Below are positions 39,710-48,524 of a stretch of DNA of 64,000 nt, one piece after another. The notes below the pieces were generated by a model that did no database searches, was not told the origin of the DNA, and worked only from the letters and a program-made list of their open reading frames with translations. The DNA is taken from the IMG/VR virus record IMGVR_UViG_3300032326_001267. One strand, given 5' to 3'. The translations under genes were made by a program, and so were the position numbers. Numbering within the stretch: position 1 is the stretch's first letter; each line of letters begins with the position of its first letter. The stretch is from an uncultured virus (IMG/VR IMGVR_UViG_3300032326_001267). Its lineage: Duplodnaviria > Heunggongvirae > Uroviricota > Caudoviricetes.

Positions 39710-41563
39710 TTAAAATACTTTATCTTGTGGTATTGCGGTTTTATTTACTTCAGCTTTGAATGTAAAACTACTTTGACTGTCATTTCTTAGTTCTACTAAT
39801 GAATAATAAGGAACTACTTCATCATCAATTATCTGTAATTCAAATATAAGATATAAATAAATAATAAAATAATTTCCATCCTTACTCTTTTTTATTTCAA
39901 TTTTACCAACTTTAAAATCACCACCTTTTTGTTCTGCTATACTTGAAATTGAATATTCTTTCTTCTTACCCAATCTTTGAATCTTTTTTCCGTCATATTT
40001 AATCAACGGAAGACCATCATTCTTACCAAATATAGCTTCAGCAGATATTTGTGAGGAAATATTTATAAATTCATCTTTGATCTTCTTTTGATCACTTAAA
40101 CTGCTTCCTTGACTCATTACTTTATCCAATATCTTTTCAAAAAATTCAAATGCAAGAATATTAGAATTGAAATAAATGACTGGTTTGAATGCATCTCTGT
40201 CAATCAAAGTTATTGGTTCACAGGTAACTTTTTTTGTAACGCATTTACTATTTTTTAATGGTACAAAGTATGTATTCCAAATATTATTGATATTATTCTT
40301 AATACCTGTTATAGTAGATTCATCAATATCTTGTACATCAGTTACAAATATTTTATTGTTATCTAGTTGTTTTGATTTTTGAATTATTCTACCAATTAAA
40401 CTTTCATAATTGATTTTTCTAACTTCTCTAACCAAAACTGCGGTATTTGTATAAAAACTATGAGTTACTTTGATTGGTTCATCTTTTCCTTCATTTGTTG
40501 TTTCTATTTCTTTTCTTAAATTTTCTTCTGCATTTACCAATGGAAAATACTTTGTTTTAATAGCTTGCATTTCATCTTTAAATCCTAATACAATAGAACC
40601 AAATACTTTGGTGGTAACTTTTTTCAAATTACCAGCAAATTCACTCATTGTATCAGCTAATGATTTTGGTATATTACCAACTGCGGTAACTAGTTTTGTT
40701 AAACTAGATTTCAACGCATTCATAAACTCCACTTCAGTCAACAATTGTTTGTCAACATAAATGTCTTGAAAAATTTCAGCAATATAAGATTCATTGATTT
40801 GAAGGAAATCATCAGGAGTTAATGCTTGTGGATGTCTTATACTTGGTGATGCAGATGAAGTATCCCCCAACATTGGTCTCAACAATGTTAATATTCTACC
40901 AGCTCTACCTTTACCAGCCTTTAAAGAAACTATTGCAAACCTCTTACTGGTTTCTTTGTTTTTATTATCCAAAATAACACACAAACTTTGTTCTTTGCCT
41001 GTACTACCTACTTTATTGTTTTTTAACGCAGAATAAACTTCATCTGGTGTACATCCATACAATAATACAGCATCACCAGTATTTTCTTTGGACTTATCTT
41101 TGCTCTTATATTGACTTAAATTAAATGCATCATAAAACTTAGTTATGTCTTTGTTGATAAATCCACTTGGTTTTGTACCAGTAACTTCTTCTAATGATGT
41201 TCCTGAATTTCTGCCTGAAATAGAATCATAGTAGTTTTTGTATGCCAAATAACCTTTATACAATTCATTCTTCTCAAGACTCAGTTTCATCAATGGATCT
41301 TTTGAAATCTCATTTACTTTGAGTCCAATCTTTTGATCCAATTGAATCCACGTTTGAACTTTTCTTAACGCATCAATATGATAATTACCACTATCACCAA
41401 AAATGACATACAACGGCCATGTTTCTTTAATCTTAGTATCTAGTGGCGTGTCAATCTTTTCAAAATTTGCAACCACTTCATCAAGCAAGTCTAATAAATC
41501 CTTTGGTAAAGGTAATAAAGCTGCTTTTGGTGTCTTTGGTTTTGCTTCTTCAATACTATCCAT
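39710..41563 (-). CDS. Large hypothetical late protein, possible PD-(D/E)xK-like domain
   Basis: Start MDSIEE preceded by TATTTAT; NTGDAVL...IVSLK. Confidence 0.6.
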   Translation of the reverse strand: MDSIEEAKPKTPKAALLPLPKDLLDLLDEVVANFEKIDTPLDTKIKETWPLYVIFGDSGNYHIDALRKVQTWIQLDQKIGLKVNEISKDPLMKLSLEKNELYKGYLAYKNYYDSISGRNSGTSLEEVTGTKPSGFINKDITKFYDAFNLSQYKSKDKSKENTGDAVLLYGCTPDEVYSALKNNKVGSTGKEQSLCVILDNKNKETSKRFAIVSLKAGKGRAGRILTLLRPMLGDTSSASPSIRHPQALTPDDFLQINESYIAEIFQDIYVDKQLLTEVEFMNALKSSLTKLVTAVGNIPKSLADTMSEFAGNLKKVTTKVFGSIVLGFKDEMQAIKTKYFPLVNAEENLRKEIETTNEGKDEPIKVTHSFYTNTAVLVREVRKINYESLIGRIIQKSKQLDNNKIFVTDVQDIDESTITGIKNNINNIWNTYFVPLKNSKCVTKKVTCEPITLIDRDAFKPVIYFNSNILAFEFFEKILDKVMSQGSSLSDQKKIKDEFINISSQISAEAIFGKNDGLPLIKYDGKKIQRLGKKKEYSISSIAEQKGGDFKVGKIEIKKSKDGNYFIIYLYLIFELQIIDDEVVPYYSLVELRNDSQSSFTFKAEVNKTAIPQDKVF

Positions 41564-41604
41564 ATAGGATAAATATTTAGAAAAACAAAAGAACTCCAAT
41601 CTTT

Positions 41605-42963
41605 TTAGATATCTACCACTGTCATCTCATTATAATTGCGTCCAATATAACATTTTACAGGAAATTGATTGTTTGACATCAATCTTTTCAACTCCACCAA
41701 AGTTTCTTTTTTGTCACCTTTATGACAATCAAACAACACACTGTCATAAGTATACAGTATAGCCTTGGTTTGTTTTTTGTTACACTCAAGATATTCATTA
41801 ACCCTTACCAATGACTGCATTCCAAACTCCGTTTCACTGGCTTGTAAGATATAATTGAACAATTTATTTGGATTTGGTTCATTTATATGATTTGTAGTAA
41901 TCCTTCTTTTATAGACTGGTGTTTCTACATAACCATTTTCATTGAAGAACTTCCATCTATGAGCAATATAATCACTCATTTTCTTATAATAAGGAACCTC
42001 CAACAATTCAGATGGAATATTACCATACATACATTGAAATGTAAGATTCTTTGAAGCTTTGATTTCATCTTCTGTTAGACTGTCCTTGCCATAATACAAT
42101 CTTCCAAGATACTCATAAGCATTTGGAGGAAGGTTATAATTGATCAACTTTGCAACTATGTGGGGGTGGTAGGCACTATAATCAATCATGAACAACATAC
42201 CATCATCACCATATCTACTGATAAATGATGATCTACACCCGTTTTCTTTGTTTAGAGCACTATAGTTTACGTTACCAAACCTATTACTAGGTCTTCCTGT
42301 TGCGGTATATAGGTTATATTGAGTATAAACATAACCATCCTTATCTTTGACCGTTTTATTCTCAAAATGCCTATTAAACAATTCTACGTCAACTTTTAAT
42401 CCATTGTGTTCAAGTATTCTAAGATTTTCAGTAATAGTTCCGTTAATACTATAAAAACTATCATCCAACTTCAACATTTGGACTCTTTTAAGCATTTCAC
42501 TATACATCTTCTCAAACTTCTCTAAGTGTTTCACAATAGGAATGCACTTATTTAGATCACTATAACACATAAACTTGTGTTTATAAAATGAATGAGCAGT
42601 TGTATCAAAACCAGTATAATCATCAATCTTACCGTCAGTAATAAAAAACAAGATGTTAATATCATACAAATTCTGTACTGGCATCAGATGCATGAACTTC
42701 TTTTTATCATAAATCCACTTTTTTCCTTTGAGTTTATTGAAGTCTTCAATCAATGTGGTTTTATCCACACAAAATCTTGAGTCTAGATGATCTACAGAAA
42801 TTATATAAGTTTGTTTACTTTTGATTGTATAAATCATCAATAAACACGGTTCATCTGCACATGGATGAAAGCATTCATCATTTTGAATGCAATCCATGAT
42901 TAAATCACTGTTCCAATTATCTTGTAAAAAGTTTTTGTAACTCTCAACGTCTTTGATGACCAT
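41605..42963 (-). CDS. Short family-A DNA polymerase-like protein
   Basis: TATGRPS, RSSFI, motif A DYSAYHP, motif B K.LTFQCMYG, NYILQ, motif C YDS. Confidence 0.8.
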   Translation of the reverse strand: MVIKDVESYKNFLQDNWNSDLIMDCIQNDECFHPCADEPCLLMIYTIKSKQTYIISVDHLDSRFCVDKTTLIEDFNKLKGKKWIYDKKKFMHLMPVQNLYDINILFFITDGKIDDYTGFDTTAHSFYKHKFMCYSDLNKCIPIVKHLEKFEKMYSEMLKRVQMLKLDDSFYSINGTITENLRILEHNGLKVDVELFNRHFENKTVKDKDGYVYTQYNLYTATGRPSNRFGNVNYSALNKENGCRSSFISRYGDDGMLFMIDYSAYHPHIVAKLINYNLPPNAYEYLGRLYYGKDSLTEDEIKASKNLTFQCMYGNIPSELLEVPYYKKMSDYIAHRWKFFNENGYVETPVYKRRITTNHINEPNPNKLFNYILQASETEFGMQSLVRVNEYLECNKKQTKAILYTYDSVLFDCHKGDKKETLVELKRLMSNNQFPVKCYIGRNYNEMTVVDI

Positions 42964-42969
42964 ACCGCA

Positions 42970-42997
42970 AGTATATCCACAATGTATATGGTGTCAA
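42970..42997 (-). promoter_or_regulatory. Sigma70-like promoter TTGACA-N16-TATACT, 6 nt before ATG 42963
   Basis: Read directly. Confidence 0.7.
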
Positions 42998-43008
42998 TTT
43001 TATACTTT

Positions 43009-43383
43009 TTATCTATAAAATTCAAGAGGATCTTTTAAAACTCCTGATATTCCTGGCATTAATTTTTCTGCATTTCTAATAGAAGACAAATTATCTTCTC
43101 TAACACCACTATATGTTTTAACCTTGTTTTGATAAACATCTGTTTTTGATCCTGTTATTCTCCAAATCAAATTAATTTTAGAATACAATCCATTTATAAT
43201 ATTATTATAAGAATCACCGGACACTTCATATATTGTTCCGTCATTGATTTTTTTTGCAAAATATCTGGTTATATAACCTCTATTATAATCATCTGTAGTA
43301 GGAGCTGGTTTTGTATATACAGGATAATCTCCTTGTATTATATCAAAATATAGTCCTCTAGTATCATCAGTATATGTTTTCAT
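43009..43383 (-). CDS. Hypothetical baseplate-operon protein
   Basis: PT..DY..GYITRYFAKK; last gene of the tail operon. Confidence 0.6.
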   Translation of the reverse strand: MKTYTDDTRGLYFDIIQGDYPVYTKPAPTTDDYNRGYITRYFAKKINDGTIYEVSGDSYNNIINGLYSKINLIWRITGSKTDVYQNKVKTYSGVREDNLSSIRNAEKLMPGISGVLKDPLEFYR

Positions 43384-46106
43384 TATTTACCTATTAAATT
43401 GTAAGCAGGTCTTAATTGTGCTTTTAATCTTGTTTCCCATGTATTTTCATTGATAACATGAGTCACATTTGTTACTTGAAATACTACTACATCATCATTA
43501 AACGGAGGAGGTAAATTTGTAATTCTGAAAAATTCAAATGTCTTGATTCCTGAAATACCCATCAAACTTATTTCAATTTCTACATTTCTTAGCGGTGAAT
43601 TATAAATGTTTGTATTTGTTTTTAAATCACCATCATTTAACATATTGACCACAAGTTCTTCATATGGAATTACAATATCTACTATATCATACTTGTCATA
43701 GTTAACAGTTGTTGCTCCGCCAGTTCTTTGTACAACAGGAGCAGTTTTAGTTTCATACAACGTAACTTGTAAAAATCCATCACCGTATTTGTTTCCGTCT
43801 TTTAATATTTGTTTGAAATAATAATCAGTTGTGTCTGAATTCTTTTGGTTACTAGGCGTTTGATCAGTTGTTGATTTTGTTTTTAGAATTCTATCTGTAT
43901 ATACAACCTTTGGTTTTGTACTATTTACATTATTTAACAAATTACTATAATCAAGCAATTGATTTGATGTAGTATAATCATATGAACCAGCTTTAAAAAT
44001 AATTTGATTTGCTTGAGCATTTGATAAATTAGTTGTAAAGTTCAATTTTTTAATAATTGAATTATTTGTCATATACTCAAATTTATAAATTTCATGTGTA
44101 TAATTTTTATCAGGCGGTCCTTTTGTGTCTACAATTTTTAATGTAGACTTTCCATTTACATCAGGAGCATCAACAACGGTCAATTCCCAAAAATTACAAC
44201 TAGCTTCATTGATTTGTCTACAAATAACATCATACACTTCTTTTAGATTTTTGTTGTCTGGGTCCAAAAGAACACTTTGTAAAAAGTTCAAATTTATATA
44301 GATATTTTTTAAATATCCACGTTTCAAATTGTCTGGAACTCTAACTCCACCAAATGTTTGATCTTTTGCTGGTACAGCAGTGTTTTGTCTACTATTTTGA
44401 TTATTTGGTCTTTGTTCTGGACGAGGTGAGTCATATAATGATCGTTTATCTTTAAAAGATTTTTTATCAAGTGGAATTTCTTTATTTGGTCTACCCCACA
44501 CATTTAAGATATAATCTAAATCTTGTCTTTGTAGTGTAGTTAAAAACTTACCAGTTTTTGCTAAAGCACAATCCGCACCAACGTTATTATTCTTTTTGAA
44601 AGAAAATGATATAACTGGTGAATGTTCATCAAAACTTTGATTCAATACAGGATTGCCATTTGGTATTCCATTATCATTAATATCTAATACATCACCGCCT
44701 AGTTCATTATAAATCTGTGAAGTAAATGGTAATGCTGCACCGGCAGTTCCTATTATAGTAGAAACGGTTCCTATCGCAGCGGAAGCTTGAATTTTTGGTT
44801 TTACATTTCCAAGTGCAACTTTTAAAAGTTTACCTGACAATCTTGAGTTTAATTTGGGAGCATTAGCATTTGGAATCAATACAGTCTTTTTTGTTGATAT
44901 TAAATTATCATGTGCGCCAATTGTAATGTCATCAATATTTAAATCAAAAAAGTATTGTGCATAATCTTTAACATCACCAATATTTTTTATTCCATTTAAA
45001 ACGTCAACCAATAAATCCATGGTTATCCATGTAAAATCTGGCCCTTTTTTATTATTAGCATCAAAATCTCTTTCTGCTGTATAATTAATTACTTGTTTAT
45101 TTCTGCCGCTAAAAATATGATCAGGTAAATTTTCAAATTTAGATCCATATTTTTTCTCATAACCATCATTTGATCTTAATATTTTTGCAAAATCTTCATT
45201 TAATCCAGATTGACTATTACCCTGGTTGTCAGTAGCAGTCACGCTATTAACAAATGTCTCCACCAAAATTTTATATTTTGTTCTAAATTCACTTTCTTTA
45301 TCATTTAAATTTCCGTCTTTGTTAATTATTTTTCCGTTAACAATATTTTCTTGTGAATCTTTTCTAAAACCAGAATAAAGAAGTTGTCTGCTTGCAACTT
45401 CAGTCATTCCAGTAATAATATTATCATTAATAGTATATTCAAAATTTACAACTTGACCAATTAAAAACTCATAGTTTCCCTTGGACTTAGGAACGTATTC
45501 TGAATATCTGTTATAATGATTATCCCATATATCTACAATTTGAGTAAAGTCTGATAAATTGATCAATGACTGTTGATTGAATGTGTTCCAACCAAACTCA
45601 ACAATTACTGTTTGAAGCGGAGTCAAAAAATATGGAGTAATTGCTTTTAATTGTTCAACTGAATGACATACCCAGTTTATTTTTGCTTTTGCAAACCATG
45701 ATTTTTGTATTTCAGTTTCAATACTAATAATACCAGGATCAGGTACATTTGGTCTTGTAGATGATTCTATATACTTTGGTTGCAATTTACAGTTATATCC
45801 ATACATTTGTTTAGATACACCATATGGAACGGTTCCGTCAATTCCATATCTATTGAAAAATCCATCACCACTTACAAATGCCAGTCCCCATTCATTGTCA
45901 TTGTCACTTATCAAGTTTGGATTATTATACTCAACCATTCCGTTTGAAAACACTCTGATCCATGCTTTTCTGGGACCAGCATACTGTGGTAAATCACCTT
46001 TAAACTGACCTTGTATTCCTGTTGATAAGGAATTTTTTCTATAGTCAAGTTCTTCTACAACCCACTTTTCAAATGGACCTGCTTCCCATGGTCTTTCTTT
46101 GGACAT
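43383..46106 (-). CDS. Putative baseplate hub/tail protein
   Basis: Follows the LysM gene; C-terminal GISGI...F.V..VTH.I....WET typical of hub proteins. Confidence 0.6.
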   Translation of the reverse strand: MSKERPWEAGPFEKWVVEELDYRKNSLSTGIQGQFKGDLPQYAGPRKAWIRVFSNGMVEYNNPNLISDNDNEWGLAFVSGDGFFNRYGIDGTVPYGVSKQMYGYNCKLQPKYIESSTRPNVPDPGIISIETEIQKSWFAKAKINWVCHSVEQLKAITPYFLTPLQTVIVEFGWNTFNQQSLINLSDFTQIVDIWDNHYNRYSEYVPKSKGNYEFLIGQVVNFEYTINDNIITGMTEVASRQLLYSGFRKDSQENIVNGKIINKDGNLNDKESEFRTKYKILVETFVNSVTATDNQGNSQSGLNEDFAKILRSNDGYEKKYGSKFENLPDHIFSGRNKQVINYTAERDFDANNKKGPDFTWITMDLLVDVLNGIKNIGDVKDYAQYFFDLNIDDITIGAHDNLISTKKTVLIPNANAPKLNSRLSGKLLKVALGNVKPKIQASAAIGTVSTIIGTAGAALPFTSQIYNELGGDVLDINDNGIPNGNPVLNQSFDEHSPVISFSFKKNNNVGADCALAKTGKFLTTLQRQDLDYILNVWGRPNKEIPLDKKSFKDKRSLYDSPRPEQRPNNQNSRQNTAVPAKDQTFGGVRVPDNLKRGYLKNIYINLNFLQSVLLDPDNKNLKEVYDVICRQINEASCNFWELTVVDAPDVNGKSTLKIVDTKGPPDKNYTHEIYKFEYMTNNSIIKKLNFTTNLSNAQANQIIFKAGSYDYTTSNQLLDYSNLLNNVNSTKPKVVYTDRILKTKSTTDQTPSNQKNSDTTDYYFKQILKDGNKYGDGFLQVTLYETKTAPVVQRTGGATTVNYDKYDIVDIVIPYEELVVNMLNDGDLKTNTNIYNSPLRNVEIEISLMGISGIKTFEFFRITNLPPPFNDDVVVFQVTNVTHVINENTWETRLKAQLRPAYNLIGK

Positions 46107-46107
46107 A

Positions 46108-46416
46108 TTAAGAATTTATTAGTGTAAAATTTTGTAAAATTGTTTGTATGTCAGTTGGTATTCTCAATTGTTTGTTTATATCCAAACTAAGTTTACCTTT
46201 ACCCAAATTGTTTGCAACCGCAATTATCCACCATAAACTCACATCATTATAATATCTATAAGCTATTTGGTCAAGATAATCATTGTCTGACACTGTAATA
46301 TAGATATCACTCGGAGACTCTGGTATAGCTGGATATAATAAAGTTTTATATACCCTTTTTCCATCCCATCTTTTATCTATTGTTGTGTAGTCATATCTAT
46401 TCATATAATTATCCAA
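46108..46416 (-). CDS. LysM-like baseplate wedge protein
   Basis: DYLDQIAYRYYNDVSLWWIIAVANNL...LRIP. Confidence 0.8.
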   Translation of the reverse strand: MDNYMNRYDYTTIDKRWDGKRVYKTLLYPAIPESPSDIYITVSDNDYLDQIAYRYYNDVSLWWIIAVANNLGKGKLSLDINKQLRIPTDIQTILQNFTLINS

Positions 46417-48520
46417 TTTCCATCATGTCAATTTCTCCTGTACGTCTTGCATTAAACTCTTCTTGTTGTTCAATTTCTTGTGCGCTTGCCAAAACAGATA
46501 ACTGTCTTTCAAATGGACCTCCTGTTCTGATATCACCAAAGTTATTTCTACCAACTTTTGGTTTTTCTTTTTCAAGAATATTCGCGTCTATGTTTATTTC
46601 AACTTCTCTTGGAAACTGTGCTACAGTTACATTATCATTTGTTTTTAATCTTCCTTTCAAGTATTCAAATGTATTAGTAGTATCAGAAATAGTTTCCCAA
46701 GTTGCATTGTCTGGAATTGTCATACCAATACTGTTAATAACTATTGGTTGATCTTTATATATATCTCCAATGGTGATCATAACCAAAGGTGGAACAATAA
46801 ATCCATTTTTATAATTTACTGGTTTTGTCAATCCCATCAAGTAATTGATTCTTTGCCACATTGGGAAAAGTTCTTTCACACTCATTGCAACTACAGAAAA
46901 ATTGAATCCGAGTCCTCTAGTGAATCCTTTGTAGTTATATACTTTATCTGCATTTCCAATATATTGAAAATCATCCCATGTTGATACAGATCTTTCATTT
47001 ATAGCTTTTACAGTTGCTCTAAATGGTATATATTTTTGATTGTATATATCATAAAAATAAAACTTAATCAGATCTTTATCAATAAATGCATCTGTACTGG
47101 ATTGTACATTTAATATGTTAATTAAATCACTTTTATTAACACCTGCAAATCCTTTTCCTTCTGGATCATCTAATAAATCTTTTCCGTTCTTGTATTTTTT
47201 ATATTCACGTATATAGGTGATTTGATCTTGATCTTGTCTGTCTTCAAGTTTTGTTGGAGGATCATATGTATAATTTGATCTTAATATAAGTTCGAGTTTT
47301 TGAAGTTGTTCATTAGCTAAAATTGTCTGCGGAGAAGTTGGATCTTGAAATTTTGTTGGATAATTACTGTTCAGTAAATAATCAGTAAACAAAAATAAGA
47401 TATCTGATACTTCAAATCCAGGATTTAAAACGTTAATTCCAGCAAAATATGTTTTATTGACGGCGCCTATGAATGAAAAACCATCACCAATTTGATATGA
47501 ATTTATATCAATTGAAAAACTTTCAGCACTATATTTTGAAATTGCACTATTGTATTGACCTACATATCTTGAATATTTATCAAATGTAGGAGTTCCTTCT
47601 AAATCTCTGTTATCAGGCCCAAATCTTTGAACTGCACCTAAAGTATCATACGTATTAACACCATTCTTATCATATGAAACAATTCTTTTATTGTTAACCA
47701 TCAAATTATATGTTTGATCATCACCCTTATATATTGTTCCATCTGGTTGCCCAATTGCAGAAAATGTACCAAACAAAGTACTGCTTTTGAAATAGTTAGC
47801 AATATTTTTAATAAAGCCAGGTTTACTTGGACTACTTAAATATTTGTAATTTTGTCCACTATAAGCTGCTTGTGCAGTTGCACCTCTTGTTAATCCCTTA
47901 CCATCACCAGGATTTATAATTGACAGTGGAGTACCACCTTGACCAGGAGCAGTACCTCTTGGAGGAGGATTTGGTGGATTGAATCCAAATGCACTTGCAA
48001 CTCCTTTTACACCCAAAGCACCAAGAACACCACCTAAATTTGGTTCAATGTGTCTCAATGGTCTATCCAATATACCAAATGATGCAACTCTTGCAGCTGA
48101 TTGAATTGGCATCAATGGATTATATAACTTAGTTTCATTAAAAGGTTGATATCCTTGTAGATATATTTGCTTTAATAAAAATTTAATACCAGGATTTGCG
48201 GCGGAAAATTTTGTTACTCTGACAACATCAATTGTAGCAGAAGGTTGAAATGGTGCAAATTTAAGAGTAGAATTAAGTCCTCTATTTGCATCATTAATGT
48301 TTGTTACAATATAAGGTTGATTTGCACCAATAACTCCACCAGATTCACCTTCTGGATAAGGACTGTACTTACTATATAAAATACTACTATTTGGAGTAAA
48401 TAAAGTACTTAATTTATTTGCATCTCTTTCATTTACTGTAGGAGGCAAAATCAATCCTGCACCTTGTATTTGTGCATTTGTCGTTGTTTCTGGATTATTT
48501 AGATTTGTTGAATTTGCCAT
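46409..48520 (-). CDS. Putative tail tube initiator/baseplate protein
   Basis: Lies between tape measure and LysM genes; C-terminal FRA...W...YIG...Y.GF.R...PPLV.ITIGD. Confidence 0.55.
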   Translation of the reverse strand: MANSTNLNNPETTTNAQIQGAGLILPPTVNERDANKLSTLFTPNSSILYSKYSPYPEGESGGVIGANQPYIVTNINDANRGLNSTLKFAPFQPSATIDVVRVTKFSAANPGIKFLLKQIYLQGYQPFNETKLYNPLMPIQSAARVASFGILDRPLRHIEPNLGGVLGALGVKGVASAFGFNPPNPPPRGTAPGQGGTPLSIINPGDGKGLTRGATAQAAYSGQNYKYLSSPSKPGFIKNIANYFKSSTLFGTFSAIGQPDGTIYKGDDQTYNLMVNNKRIVSYDKNGVNTYDTLGAVQRFGPDNRDLEGTPTFDKYSRYVGQYNSAISKYSAESFSIDINSYQIGDGFSFIGAVNKTYFAGINVLNPGFEVSDILFLFTDYLLNSNYPTKFQDPTSPQTILANEQLQKLELILRSNYTYDPPTKLEDRQDQDQITYIREYKKYKNGKDLLDDPEGKGFAGVNKSDLINILNVQSSTDAFIDKDLIKFYFYDIYNQKYIPFRATVKAINERSVSTWDDFQYIGNADKVYNYKGFTRGLGFNFSVVAMSVKELFPMWQRINYLMGLTKPVNYKNGFIVPPLVMITIGDIYKDQPIVINSIGMTIPDNATWETISDTTNTFEYLKGRLKTNDNVTVAQFPREVEINIDANILEKEKPKVGRNNFGDIRTGGPFERQLSVLASAQEIEQQEEFNARRTGEIDMMEIG

Positions 48521-48524
48521 ATAA

